Below, piece by piece: positions 16,531 to 26,701 of a stretch of 32,000 bases of DNA (within the stretch, counting starts at the first letter, position 1; each line of letters opens with the position of its first letter). The notes below the pieces were generated by a model. It was not told the DNA's origin, made no database searches, and saw only the letters and a program-made list of their open reading frames with translations. A program made the translations under genes and the position numbers. The DNA comes from Desulfocapsa sulfexigens DSM 10523 (GTDB lineage Bacteria; Desulfobacterota; Desulfobulbia; Desulfobulbales; Desulfocapsaceae). The stretch covers positions 1,590,001 to 1,622,000 of the forward strand of contig NC_020304.1 in assembly GCF_000341395.1 (NCBI RefSeq), read 5' to 3'.

Positions 16531-17127
16531 ATGATAAAAAATAAAATCATTCTTTGCGTGTTTGTCAGCGTACTACTTTGTGCTCCTGCTGTTGCTGCTG
16601 ATAAGGCAGTTTTTGCTGGTGGTTGTTTTTGGTGTATGGAGGCGGATTTTGAAAAGCTGGAGGGAGTGAGAGAGGTGATTTCCGGGTTTACCGGAGGTGT
16701 TTTGAAAAATCCCACCTATAATGGGAACCACGCTGGTCATGTTGAAGCTGTTGAAATTTCATATGATTCTGAAAAAATAAGCTATGAAGAGTTACTGGAA
16801 TATTACTGGCACCATATCGACCCCTTCGATGCAGAAGGACAGTTTTGTGATAAGGGGGCAAGTTATGTGACGGCTATTTTTGTGGCTAATGATAAAGAAA
16901 GAGAGCTTGCTGAGCAGTCAAAGAACAGGATCGCACGCCAATTTCCCAACCAGAAAGTCGTCACTCCAATTTTAGCGCAATCAACCTTTTATCCTGTGCA
17001 GGGGAACGAAAGTAATCATCAGGATTACTACAAAAATAACCCGGTTCGGTATAAGGTTTATCGCTGGAATTGTGGTCGCGACAAACGTCTACAGGAAATT
17101 TGGAGGACGAGAGGCAATATTGATTGA
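16531..17127 (+). CDS. msrA: Peptide-methionine (S)-S-oxide reductase MsrA with signal peptide
   Basis: Catalytic GGCFWCMEADF motif. Preceded by MIKNKIILCVFVSVLLCAPAVAAD, which has a signal-peptide n-region, h-region and AVA cleavage-type site. The upstream part of the track ORF (16369-16530) has no MsrA similarity. Confidence 0.93.
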   Translation: MIKNKIILCVFVSVLLCAPAVAADKAVFAGGCFWCMEADFEKLEGVREVISGFTGGVLKNPTYNGNHAGHVEAVEISYDSEKISYEELLEYYWHHIDPFDAEGQFCDKGASYVTAIFVANDKERELAEQSKNRIARQFPNQKVVTPILAQSTFYPVQGNESNHQDYYKNNPVRYKVYRWNCGRDKRLQEIWRTRGNID

Positions 17128-17129
17128 AA

Positions 17130-18974
17130 TTAATCTATTAGTGCGTCTCTAACGGCTCGTCCAAGTTGCATCATTGAATAGGGCTTTTTAATAAATCCGC
17201 TAACTCCATGCCTGAAGGCTTCTTTAACATCCTCATTTTCCGAGAAGCCACTGGTAATGATGGCCTTCTGCTCAGGGTGTATCTGCCTGATCTTGTCAAA
17301 TGTTTGGCGGCCGTTCATGCCAGGTTCCATAAGCATATCGAGAACCAGAAGGTCAACCGTGTTCTTCTCACAAAAGGAGAGGGCCAACTCTCCTGAGGCG
17401 ACAGAAATAACTTTGTAACCAAGAGTTTCCAGCATCTGAGTTCCAATCTCCCGTAACTGTGGTTCGTCATCAACGAGCAGAACAGAACTTCCATTCCCTT
17501 TGATATCTTGCAGGGTGTCATCGTCGATTTTGGCATGTTTCTTCTCTGTGGTTAGAGGAAAGAACAGCTGAAAGCAGGTTCCCTCGTTAGTGCTTTCCAC
17601 TGATACTCCACCATCATGCTCTTTCATGGTATTCCAGACTACGGTCAGGCCAAGCCCGGTGCCACTCCTTCCCATGACTTTCCTGGTGTAAAATGGTTCA
17701 AAGATGCGTTCCAGGTCTTTGTCATCAATGCCGGGCCCGTTATCCTGTACGCTTAACACCCCATATTCACCGGGGTGAATATGATATCTGGTTGCGGTCT
17801 CGTTATCGATGGTTTTGTTTTCCGTAATGATACTGACCGTACCAGTCGCATCAACCGCTTCGCTTGCATTGGTTACCAGGTTCATGAGACATTTCTTAAC
17901 ATGTACAGAAGAGCAGAGAATGGGAGAATGAATGGCTGCGAGTTTTTGCTGATAGGTGATTTGCTGGTGCAATGATTGAAGCGTGTCAAACTCGGGAGAG
18001 CCGAGATACTCCTGGGTCAATGTGGTCAGATTGTGAACTGTTCTACTGGTGGCTACGCCACGGGCGACGGTGAGCAAGTCAGCGACTACAGCTGCAGCCC
18101 TTGAACCAGAGTCCTGAATGGCCTCAAGTGGTTTTCTCAGCTTGCTGTCTTTAGGTAAGTCGTAGAGTATCAACTCTGAATAGCCGGTAACTCCTGAGAG
18201 AATATTGTTGAGGTCGTGGGCCACTCCTCCGGCCATCAGGCCTATGGATTCCATCTTCCTGGCCTGGTGAAGTTTTTCTGCGATGTGTTTTTTTTCCAGG
18301 AAGTCCAGCTCGATCTGTTTTTGTTGGATTTTCTGTTTCCTGCTAAATCGGTTGTGAATCCCGATGGTCATCCACCAGATAAGGATGATAATGGACAGCA
18401 GAATAATGCTTGAGTTTAGGATAACCATGTTCAGGGTATTCTTTTTTGACAGAATTGAGGCATGGGCAGCACTTAATTCGAGCAAATGGACGTTTTTGTG
18501 AATGAGAAGAAGCGTATTAAGATCATCAATGGCGGGATGGACCACGTTCAATTCGTACTTTTGTAACCTTTTCATGTTCATTTCTGGGCCGGGCTGAGAA
18601 AAGAATTCAACGGCTTTGCTTAAAGTGTTGATTTTTACTAGTAATTCCTCTGCGGCTTTTTGTTCTTTCAAGCCGATATGTTTCTCATGGAGAAGATGAA
18701 TTTCTCCCTGTTCCCGCAGCAGGTGAGTTGCCGTCTGCAGGCGCTCGAGGGATTCGGGGTCCTTGTCTTTTGCGATAGCGCAATGGAGGGAGTAATGGCC
18801 TATGTCGGAGGCGTGATTGGCCATCTCGACCATGGCAATGGCCCCGGGTGTGATGTCTGAGATAATTTCCCGAAGAACCCCTTCCCCTTTTCTGGAGTGC
18901 CAAAAAAGGAAAATATTACTTATGATGATCAATCCGCAAATGACGATAAAACCAAGGTGGAGATTTTTTTTCAT
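17130..18974 (-). CDS. Hybrid sensor histidine kinase/response regulator
   Basis: Two TM helices bracket a ~170-aa periplasmic helical region. H-box AHDLNNILSGVTGYSELI. ATPase motifs DNGPGI and GTGLGL. C-terminal receiver VLLVDDE...LDMLMEPGMNG...K. Confidence 0.92.
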   Translation of the reverse strand: MKKNLHLGFIVICGLIIISNIFLFWHSRKGEGVLREIISDITPGAIAMVEMANHASDIGHYSLHCAIAKDKDPESLERLQTATHLLREQGEIHLLHEKHIGLKEQKAAEELLVKINTLSKAVEFFSQPGPEMNMKRLQKYELNVVHPAIDDLNTLLLIHKNVHLLELSAAHASILSKKNTLNMVILNSSIILLSIIILIWWMTIGIHNRFSRKQKIQQKQIELDFLEKKHIAEKLHQARKMESIGLMAGGVAHDLNNILSGVTGYSELILYDLPKDSKLRKPLEAIQDSGSRAAAVVADLLTVARGVATSRTVHNLTTLTQEYLGSPEFDTLQSLHQQITYQQKLAAIHSPILCSSVHVKKCLMNLVTNASEAVDATGTVSIITENKTIDNETATRYHIHPGEYGVLSVQDNGPGIDDKDLERIFEPFYTRKVMGRSGTGLGLTVVWNTMKEHDGGVSVESTNEGTCFQLFFPLTTEKKHAKIDDDTLQDIKGNGSSVLLVDDEPQLREIGTQMLETLGYKVISVASGELALSFCEKNTVDLLVLDMLMEPGMNGRQTFDKIRQIHPEQKAIITSGFSENEDVKEAFRHGVSGFIKKPYSMMQLGRAVRDALID

Positions 18975-19325
18975 CGATGCGCCATTGAATCAGGTTTTGA
19001 GAGTGAACATTATTGTCAGTACGTATTGTTTGACGTGTGAAGTGCTTATTTTCTCTGGGATGTAGGAGAGAGTGGGCTCAGTAAGCATATCTTCACCATT
19101 CAAGGATATCGCTTCTCTCACGGGAAATCCAGAGAATTATATTGAGGTGAACAGGGTAAGATGGTTCTGTTAAAAAGATACCTTTGTTTGACATAAGCGT
19201 GCTTTTGTGTCAGACCTTCTTTTTTTTATATGCAATCCGATCACTTGATGGTTTGTTGCTACAGTGCAGGGAGTTTTGTTAAAGGAGAATCGGGCAGGGT
19301 GGCGGAAAAAATTGAAAACACTTTT

Positions 19326-20345
19326 ATGAAATTAAGCGAGCTGGGATTGGATCGCTGGTTCATCGATCAGGCAGGGGAGTTTTGTGAATCCGGGCAGCAG
19401 ATTGCTCGGGTAACGGTGGTTGACCGTGGCTGGTATACTGTGAGAAACGAAGATGGTGAAGTGCTTGCCAGGGCAACGGGGCGTTTCCTGCACTCCACCG
19501 AATCGACCTGCGATATGCCATGCGTCGGTGATTGGGTTTGTCTGCGTTATCAAGATGATGGAAGTGCTGCGACCATTCATGCGATGTTGCCAAGAAAATC
19601 CTTTCTGCAGCGGAAATTTGCTGGAAAAAGAGTTGAGTTGCAGATGATTGCAGCCAATGTTGATGCAGCCTTTATTGTTCAATCCTGCAATTATGATTTT
19701 AATGTGAGTAGACTTGAACGCTATCTGGTTATGGTGAATGAAGGTCGTGTCGAACCACTGCTCATTCTGAGTAAAACCGATCTGGTCAGTGCAGATGAAC
19801 TGGAAGAATTAATAGCTGAAATTCGTCGGGCGGGGATCAACACCAGAATTATTGCAATCAGTAATATAACCGGATCAGGTTTAGAGGAGATCAGGGAGGT
19901 TATGGATTGTGGCAGGACGTACTGTATCGTAGGCTCCTCAGGAGTAGGGAAATCCACCCTGATTAATCGGCTCACCGGGGACGACAGCTTGAAAACAGGA
20001 GCAGTTGGTGATTCGGGTGAAGGGCGACATACAACCGTGCGTCGCCAGCTTATTGTTCTTGAGCAGGGTGCAATGTTGATTGATACACCCGGAATGCGGG
20101 AAGTCGGACTTCTCGGGGTCAGCGAAGGAATGGATGATAACTTTGACGATATTCAGGAGTTGTCACTGAGTTGTCGTTTCTCCAATTGCAGCCACACAAG
20201 TGAACCGGGATGTGCCGTTGTGAAGGCAATAGAAGAGGGGGATTTACAGGAGGAGCACTTTCAGAACTATTTGAAGTTGAAGATGGAATCGGACTGTAAT
20301 GCGCTCTCGTACGCCGGTAAGCGGAAAAAGAAAAAGACTTTGTAG
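19326..20345 (+). CDS. rsgA: Ribosome small-subunit-dependent GTPase A
   Basis: Circularly permuted GTPase order: LSKTDL (G4) precedes GSSGVGKSTLIN (G1) and DTPGMRE (G3). Zn knuckle CRFSNCSHTSEPGC. ATG 19326 (MKLSELGLD) is preferred over the track start at 19230. Confidence 0.92.
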   Translation: MKLSELGLDRWFIDQAGEFCESGQQIARVTVVDRGWYTVRNEDGEVLARATGRFLHSTESTCDMPCVGDWVCLRYQDDGSAATIHAMLPRKSFLQRKFAGKRVELQMIAANVDAAFIVQSCNYDFNVSRLERYLVMVNEGRVEPLLILSKTDLVSADELEELIAEIRRAGINTRIIAISNITGSGLEEIREVMDCGRTYCIVGSSGVGKSTLINRLTGDDSLKTGAVGDSGEGRHTTVRRQLIVLEQGAMLIDTPGMREVGLLGVSEGMDDNFDDIQELSLSCRFSNCSHTSEPGCAVVKAIEEGDLQEEHFQNYLKLKMESDCNALSYAGKRKKKKTL

Positions 20346-20490
20346 CCTCAAAGTAGCACCTGGTCTTTACAACAAGAACATGTACAGGCTCTGTCGTATT
20401 CGTATACAGAGTAGTCAGGGGGCTGAATCTCCCACGACAGAGTTGCGCTGCTGTGGAAGAGTCAGCCGGCTGGAAGCGCCGGGTAATGAA

Positions 20491-20811
20491 TTATTGTTCA
20501 TCCAATATTTCATCTACCCAGGAAAGAGCTGCAGCGACCTTGGGAAAACCGATGGTTGAAATGAGGAGGAGAAGGGTATGCTGCAGTTCTTCTTCGCTTG
20601 CTCCAGCATGCAGTGCCCGTCTGGCATGAGAGTTGACGGACCCTATTGATCCCAGGGAAGCGGCAACGCCAAGTTGGATAAGCTCTGAGGTCTTGTTGTC
20701 CAAGGGGCCGGCTTTACGGACTGTGGAACCAAGATTCTGCACAGCATCCAGAACTTTTGGAAAACGTTTTTGCAGACGACGGTAATGTTTTGGACCTCTT
20801 TTTTTAGACAT
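20491..20811 (-). CDS. Carboxymuconolactone decarboxylase (AhpD-like) family protein
   Basis: CMD-fold core ELIQLGVAASLGSIGSVNSHARRALHAGASEEEL. ATG at 20811 (MSKKRG), 76 nt downstream of the ftsH stop on the same strand. Confidence 0.8.
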   Translation of the reverse strand: MSKKRGPKHYRRLQKRFPKVLDAVQNLGSTVRKAGPLDNKTSELIQLGVAASLGSIGSVNSHARRALHAGASEEELQHTLLLLISTIGFPKVAAALSWVDEILDEQ

Positions 20812-20871
20812 GATGCATCTCCTTTGAATGATGGTTATGGACAGGGGAATATCCCCGGTTTGATTTTGAAC

Positions 20872-20898
20872 TTTTCTGTTATTTCTGTTATTTCTGTT
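20872..20898. repeat. Three tandem 9-nt units (T/A)TTTCTGTT across the ftsH stop codon
   Basis: TTTTCTGTT ATTTCTGTT ATTTCTGTT read directly from the sequence. The ftsH stop (TAA on the minus strand) is at 20888-20890. Confidence 0.9.
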
Positions 20899-22720
20899 TT
20901 GAAAGATTTTCCTCTTTTTCCAATAGTTCTTCGAGGAAGCTTCCGTCAATCTTTTCCTTTTGGAGCAACTCCATGGCGGCTTTTTCCAGCACGGCTCTTT
21001 TTGCAGCAAGAAGGGTCAGTGCTATTTCATATTGTTGGTCAATAATGTTGCGTACTTCTCCGTCAATCAGTCGAGCAGTGTCATCACTGTATTCTCCTCT
21101 GCTGTTCCGACTGAGGTCGGGGCCAAGAAACATTCCCTGGGGTTCACCTTTGTAGTAGACCTGTCCAGTGTTTTCACTCATACCATATTCTTTCACCATG
21201 CTGCGGGCAATATCAGTCGCTTTGGCCAGGTCATTATGGGCACCAGTGGAAATATCGTTAAAAATCATTTCTTCAGCTGCCCGGCCTCCCAGCAGTATGG
21301 CAATTTTCCCCAGCAGTTCTGTTTTTGTCATCAGAAAGCGGTCTTCCGTTGGAACCTGCATGGTGTATCCAAGGGCGGCAATACCACGAGGAACGATGGT
21401 GATTTTTTTTACCGGATCGCTTCCCGGGATTGACAGGGCCACCAGGGCATGGCCCAGCTCATGGTAGGCGACAATTTTTCGCTCGTTGGGGTTAATGAGG
21501 CGATTCTTTTTTTCAAGACCCGCAGTGATTCGCTCGATGGCTTCCTCAAACTGTTCTTTTTCGACAGTGCTCTTCCTGGCTCGGACTGCAAGCAAGGTAG
21601 CCTCATTTACGAGATTTGCAAGATCCGACCCGACCATTCCAGGGGTCATGGATGCGAGCTCCTCAATATCTATTATCCCAAGTTTTTTGACTTTTTTGAG
21701 GTGCACATTCAGTATTGCCATGCGCCCCTGTTTGTCTGGCCTGTCAACGAGAACCTGACGGTCAAAACGTCCAGGTCGCAGCAGAGCAGGGTCGAGAACC
21801 TCCGGGCGATTGGTTGCAGCCATAAGAATCACTCCGATGTTGGGATCAAAGCCATCCATCTCGACGAGAAGTTGATTCAGCGTCTGTTCTCTTTCATCGT
21901 GGCCAGAAATGCCACTAAAACCCCGTGCCTTCCCCAGTGCATCAAGCTCGTCAATAAAAATGATGCAGGGTGCATTCGCATTGGCCTGATCAAAAAGATC
22001 TCTAACCCTGGCGGCCCCCATGCCGACAAAGAGCTCAACAAACTCGGAGCCGCTTATGCTGAAAAAAGGTACATGACTTTCTCCGGCCACAGCCTTGGCA
22101 AGCAGGGTTTTTCCGGTACCCGGCGGGCCAACCAGGAGCAGTCCCTTGGGGAGTGAACCGCCGTACTCGAGATACTTTTCAGGATTCTTGAGAAAGTCTA
22201 TTATGTCAAGTAGCTCTGCTACTGCTTCATCAACACCGGCAACATCGTCGAAGCTGATACCGATATCATCCTGCTTATGCACCTTGGCTTTGTTTTTTCC
22301 AAGAGTCATAAAGCCAGGTTGTTGGGCTGTTAAGCGCTTGATAAGAAAAAACCAGATTCCCACAAAGAGAAGAACAGGTATGGTCCATGACAGTATGTCT
22401 CGCAAAAGTGTGGATTCGATGGTGGCGGAATACTTCACATTATATTTGTCCAGGAGTTCGGAGGTCTCAGGGTCAACTCGAACTGTTCGAAAATATGTTT
22501 CTTTGTCGGAATCACTTTCGGGTTTTAACAGGCCTTGAATCTGATTTGTCGTGATCGAGACCTCTGCAATCTGATCATTTTTGAGTGCCTGAACAAATTG
22601 GCTGTAGGGGATTGTCTGGACACGATGCACAGAAGCCAGATAATCCTGAAGAAGCAGCACGATCCAGACACCGATAACAAAGTACCAGATAGATATTTTA
22701 TGATGCTGTTCTATTTTCAT
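20888..22720 (-). CDS. ftsH: ATP-dependent zinc metalloprotease FtsH
   Basis: Two N-terminal TM helices, Walker A GPPGTGKT, Walker [32 protein letters not shown], zinc site HELGHAL. Confidence 0.97.
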   Translation of the reverse strand: MKIEQHHKISIWYFVIGVWIVLLLQDYLASVHRVQTIPYSQFVQALKNDQIAEVSITTNQIQGLLKPESDSDKETYFRTVRVDPETSELLDKYNVKYSATIESTLLRDILSWTIPVLLFVGIWFFLIKRLTAQQPGFMTLGKNKAKVHKQDDIGISFDDVAGVDEAVAELLDIIDFLKNPEKYLEYGGSLPKGLLLVGPPGTGKTLLAKAVAGESHVPFFSISGSEFVELFVGMGAARVRDLFDQANANAPCIIFIDELDALGKARGFSGISGHDEREQTLNQLLVEMDGFDPNIGVILMAATNRPEVLDPALLRPGRFDRQVLVDRPDKQGRMAILNVHLKKVKKLGIIDIEELASMTPGMVGSDLANLVNEATLLAVRARKSTVEKEQFEEAIERITAGLEKKNRLINPNERKIVAYHELGHALVALSIPGSDPVKKITIVPRGIAALGYTMQVPTEDRFLMTKTELLGKIAILLGGRAAEEMIFNDISTGAHNDLAKATDIARSMVKEYGMSENTGQVYYKGEPQGMFLGPDLSRNSRGEYSDDTARLIDGEVRNIIDQQYEIALTLLAAKRAVLEKAAMELLQKEKIDGSFLEELLEKEENLSKQK

Positions 22721-22953
22721 TGTTCACCTTTTGATGGTTTTCCTGTGATGTCCTGGGTGAGCATAAAAGGCAGTCTCCGATGGCTCAATACTATTCTATC
22801 ACATAGTCGAGGGAAGCAGGAAGGATTCCAGCTGAATATTATGAAAATAAAGGTTTTCCAATGGGATAAGGGGAACAGAATTTGCGGTAGAGATTCATTA
22901 GCGCTTTGTGAGTTCCCTTGACAAGGATGTTGAGCGACTGATACTATTCATAC

Positions 22954-23811
22954 ATGAAGATACAGATTGTACGGCTACCTCTTTTGTTTCTTGTACTGCA
23001 GATCCTGAGTGGTTGTGCCGGGATGATTGCAGATTCATTTATGCGCCCTGCGATAACAAATTTGCAGCAGCAGACAGATATTGAACTTGTCTGTGAAGGA
23101 ACTCCAGCGATTCTGCTGATGATCGACTCCATGGTTGCTTCTGATCCGGAGAACAAGGATCTGCTGATGACGGCAACTAAGGCCTTCAGTGGTTATGCCG
23201 CGGCACTGGATGCGTGCAACAAGCCGCATCGGGCAGCCATGGTCAGTGTCAAGGCCAGACGATACGGTCTGTCCCTGTTGTGGCCGAATAGTGATCTTCA
23301 TATACTTGCAACGCTCCCCCTGCCTGATTTACAGAAACGTCTGGCGGGTTTGAGTGACAGTGATGTCGATTCTTTGTTTTGGGCTGGTAACGGCTGGGGA
23401 ACCTGGATCTTACATCAGCAGGGAACGCCTGCATCCCTGGCACAGCTGATCCGGGTTGAACAGATAATGCTGCGTGTTCTCGAGTTGGATGAGAGGTATT
23501 ATTACGGTGCCGCCCACCTCTTCCTTGGCGCCTATTACGGTTCTAAACCGCCACTTTTGGGCGGCGACTTTGAGAAAAGCCGTCATCATTTCGAACGGGC
23601 TCTTGGCTTCAGCAATAGAGAATATCTTCCGGGGCTTGTCTTGTATGCTGAGACCTATGCGCGGATGTCTTTTGATCGTGAACTGTTCAGCAGTCTCCTC
23701 CAGGAGGTTCTTGATTTTCCGCTTGAGAGCAGGCCGGACCTGGGCCTTGCCAATCAACTTGCCAAACTGAAAGCACGTGAACTGCTTGGTGGAGTAGAAG
23801 AGTATTTTTAG
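22954..23811 (+). CDS. TRAP-transporter T-component (TatT-like) helical-repeat lipoprotein
   Basis: Lipobox LSGC. All-helical TPR-like sequence (YYGAAHLFLGAYYG, GLVLYAETYARM) immediately upstream of dctPQM. The family assignment is from memory of TatT-family annotations. Confidence 0.75.
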   Translation: MKIQIVRLPLLFLVLQILSGCAGMIADSFMRPAITNLQQQTDIELVCEGTPAILLMIDSMVASDPENKDLLMTATKAFSGYAAALDACNKPHRAAMVSVKARRYGLSLLWPNSDLHILATLPLPDLQKRLAGLSDSDVDSLFWAGNGWGTWILHQQGTPASLAQLIRVEQIMLRVLELDERYYYGAAHLFLGAYYGSKPPLLGGDFEKSRHHFERALGFSNREYLPGLVLYAETYARMSFDRELFSSLLQEVLDFPLESRPDLGLANQLAKLKARELLGGVEEYF

Positions 23812-23856
23812 TATGTTAAAAAACCAACTCCGAGTCATTCGAGCCAGGAGAGTTAT

Positions 23857-24879
23857 ATGTATCAACTGAAACGAGCTATCCAGATTCTGATCCCTTTCTT
23901 AATGGCATTATGCTTTTGTACTCAGCTGCAGGCCAGCACGAAATATCTCTTCAAAGTTGCAAGCATTGCCCCGGAGGGTAGTATCTGGACAAAACGCTTC
24001 CGCGATTTTGCCGCAGAAGTGAACGAGCAAAGCAACGGGGAGGTGGCGTTTAAGGTATACTCGGGCGGGATCATGGGAGATGATCAGGCGATGTATCGTA
24101 AGCTACGGGTTGGACAGCTCAATGGTGGTGGCTTCACCATGACCGGTATTGGTAATGTGGTGCCGGATTACCGAATCATGGGGGTACCCTTTTTTTTTCG
24201 ATCCTATGAGGAGGTTGATTATGTGCAACAGGGACTTATGCCTCTTTTTCAGAAGGCCTTTAATAAAGAAGCTCTGGAACTTATTGCCATGACCGAAGTG
24301 GGCTTTGTCTACTCCATGTCCACCACACCTGTCTCCACTCTCAGTGGGCTGAAAAAGAGTAAGGTATGGGCTCCGGAAGATGATCCCGTGAGTGCGACCT
24401 TTCTTCAAACTTTGGATATTACGCCACTGCCATTGAGTATTCCCGATGTCCTCACATCCCTGCAGACAGGAATGGTGGAGACGGTATTTAACTCTCTGTA
24501 TGGAAATATTGTTCTGCAATGGTTCACCAAAACGAAATATATATCGGATATTCCCTTTGGCTATGCCTATGGTGCCATCCTGCTGGATCGCAAAAAATTT
24601 TCCCGTCTTCCGGAGTCGTACCAGGTAATGATACGAGAGACAGCGGGGAAACATTTTGGAATGCTCATCGCTGACACCCGTAAAAGTAACCTGGAATCAA
24701 GACAGGTACTGGTGGATAATGGCGTTGCTTTTATTCCTCCTGAGCCTGCAGATGTACTTGTCCTTAATGACAAACATGATGAAACTGTCCGTCGATTGCA
24801 GGGTACTGCTTTCAGTGAAGAGATTTATCAGGCGGCTGTGAAACTACTTAATGAGTATCGAAACCGACAAGATAAATAA
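23857..24879 (+). CDS. TRAP transporter substrate-binding protein (DctP family)
   Basis: Signal peptide, then FKVASIAPEGSIWTK...KVYSGGIMGDD...LRVGQLNGGGFT, typical of the DctP/TatP branch. Length of 340 aa. Confidence 0.9.
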   Translation: MYQLKRAIQILIPFLMALCFCTQLQASTKYLFKVASIAPEGSIWTKRFRDFAAEVNEQSNGEVAFKVYSGGIMGDDQAMYRKLRVGQLNGGGFTMTGIGNVVPDYRIMGVPFFFRSYEEVDYVQQGLMPLFQKAFNKEALELIAMTEVGFVYSMSTTPVSTLSGLKKSKVWAPEDDPVSATFLQTLDITPLPLSIPDVLTSLQTGMVETVFNSLYGNIVLQWFTKTKYISDIPFGYAYGAILLDRKKFSRLPESYQVMIRETAGKHFGMLIADTRKSNLESRQVLVDNGVAFIPPEPADVLVLNDKHDETVRRLQGTAFSEEIYQAAVKLLNEYRNRQDK

Positions 24880-24914
24880 GTGACAGAGAGTACCTAACCG
24901 GACGTGGGGGATGT

Positions 24915-25439
24915 ATGGACATCAGGCAGGTTGCACGTCAGATCGGGGTTTTTGAAAAACGACTTGTGGACGGTCTGCTCTGTATCCTCCTGCTGGCGAT
25001 GATTTTTCTTGCTTGTCTGCAGATTGGTCTGCGGACATTTTTTTCGAGCGGTCTGCTCTGGGCTGACCCACTGCTGCGTTATCTGGTTATATGGTGTGGC
25101 ATGTTCGGGGCGGTTGTGGCGACCAGAGAGAAAAAACATATTGCCATTGATGTACTAGGCTACCTGGCGGCCGAGCGTATTAAACCCTGGATAGGACTCC
25201 TGATAGATTTTTTTTCATCTCTTGTTGCGGCTGCTCTTACCTGGGCGGCCATTCTTTTTGTTCGTAATGAGTTTTCTTTTGGCAGTATCCCCCTTTTGAG
25301 TATTCCTTCCTGGGGCTGGGCCCTGGTCTTTCCCTTGGGGTTTGGTCTGATTACCCTGCATTTCCTTGCGGCAATAAGCGCAGATATAAAAACACTTGTC
25401 TCTTCTCAACGGAAAACTGAGCCAGGGAGAGAAAAGTGA
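24915..25439 (+). CDS. TRAP transporter small permease (DctQ family)
   Basis: 174 aa with four TM helices, positioned between the dctP-like and dctM-like genes. Stop overlaps the next start (GTGA). Confidence 0.85.
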   Translation: MDIRQVARQIGVFEKRLVDGLLCILLLAMIFLACLQIGLRTFFSSGLLWADPLLRYLVIWCGMFGAVVATREKKHIAIDVLGYLAAERIKPWIGLLIDFFSSLVAAALTWAAILFVRNEFSFGSIPLLSIPSWGWALVFPLGFGLITLHFLAAISADIKTLVSSQRKTEPGREK

Positions 25440-26701
25440 ATATTTTAAAAGGAGTCATTCTAGGTCTGGCCCTTCTTGGCAGCCCCTTGTTTATAGTTAT
25501 CTCTGCCGTGGCCCTGCTGTCTTTTTACAGTGTGGATATTGATATCTCGGTTGTAATCATCGAGATGTCACGTCTGATCGATACGCCACTCTTGCTTGCT
25601 CTGCCTCTCTTTATTTTTGCGGGCACCATTTTGTCCGATAGTGGAACTCCAAAGCGTCTCCTCGGTCTGTCCAATGTATTGCTGGGGTGGCTTCCTGGCG
25701 GGCTTGCTCTGATTGCACTTATAGTCTGCGCGGTATTCACCGCATTTACCGGTGCCTCGGGAGTGACCATTTTTGCTCTTGGCGGGCTGCTCCTTCCGGC
25801 ACTTCTCAAGGATGGTTATACAGAAAAATTTTCTCTTGGCCTTATTACCTCATCGGGTAGTCTGGGATTACTGTTCCCGCCAAGTTTACCCCTTATCCTC
25901 TATGGGGTTATCGCCGAGGTACGGATAGATCATCTCTTTCTTGCAGGTATCCTGCCGGGTATCCTGATGCTGCTTTTGCTGGTTGCCTATTCCGTCTACA
26001 GAAGTCCGTCCAGAAAGGTGCAGGAAAGACAGATTAATGGTAAGCAGATACTTGCAGCCCTCAGGGAGACAGTATGGGAACTGCCTCTGCCTTTTATAGT
26101 CCTTGGAGGGATTTATGGCGGTTTTCTGGTGGCAGGCGAGGCTGCTGCTATAACCGCTCTGTATGTATTGGTGGTTGAGGTGTTTATCTATCGAGACATA
26201 AAACTGCAGCAGTTACCCGGAATCATGGTGAAGTCCATGATGCTTTTCGGTGGTATTCTGGTTATTCTTGCAGCCTCCATGGCTACAACCAATTTTCTGG
26301 TGGATCAGGAGGTGCCCATGCGCCTCTTCGAATTTATCCGCAACTATATCTCCAGCAAGTACACATTTCTCCTGCTGCTGAACATCTTTCTCCTTGTTGT
26401 CGGCTCCATGCTGGATATTTTTTCAGCGTTGGTCCTTATTGTGCCGCTTATTGTTCCGATTGCCAGAGGCTATGAAGTCAATCTGATTCATCTCGGCATA
26501 ATTTTTCTCACCAACCTCCAGATCGGCTACTGTACACCGCCAGTGGGACTCAATCTTTTTCTGGCCAGTTACCGCTTTGAACGACCTGTGATCCAGCTCT
26601 ACAGTGCCACCTTGCCATTTCTGGCACTGTTGATGCTTACTCTGGTTATTATTACGTATTTCCCCCTGTTAAGTCTTTTTCTTGTCCAGTTGTTGGGATG
26701 A
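25436..26701 (+). CDS. TRAP transporter large permease (DctM family)
   Basis: 421 aa and about 12 TM helices. Conserved stretches FTGASGVTIFALGG and PPSLPLILYG. Confidence 0.92.
   Translation: MNILKGVILGLALLGSPLFIVISAVALLSFYSVDIDISVVIIEMSRLIDTPLLLALPLFIFAGTILSDSGTPKRLLGLSNVLLGWLPGGLALIALIVCAVFTAFTGASGVTIFALGGLLLPALLKDGYTEKFSLGLITSSGSLGLLFPPSLPLILYGVIAEVRIDHLFLAGILPGILMLLLLVAYSVYRSPSRKVQERQINGKQILAALRETVWELPLPFIVLGGIYGGFLVAGEAAAITALYVLVVEVFIYRDIKLQQLPGIMVKSMMLFGGILVILAASMATTNFLVDQEVPMRLFEFIRNYISSKYTFLLLLNIFLLVVGSMLDIFSALVLIVPLIVPIARGYEVNLIHLGIIFLTNLQIGYCTPPVGLNLFLASYRFERPVIQLYSATLPFLALLMLTLVIITYFPLLSLFLVQLLG

Noticed and set aside
20601-20700. Possible selenocysteine (TGA) recoding in the CMD/AhpD-like gene
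   Set aside because: The positions equivalent to CxxC are ordinary Ser codons and the ORF has no in-frame TGA.
20960-22538. Long antisense ORFs opposite ftsH (157, 235 and 147 aa)
   Set aside because: ftsH is unambiguous on the minus strand. The antisense translations are low-complexity, Ser/Phe-rich and lack motifs. The same applies to the antisense ORFs opposite rcnA-like (2528-3013), dctP (24103-24654), nfeD (26794-27288) and the SPFH gene (28469-28963).
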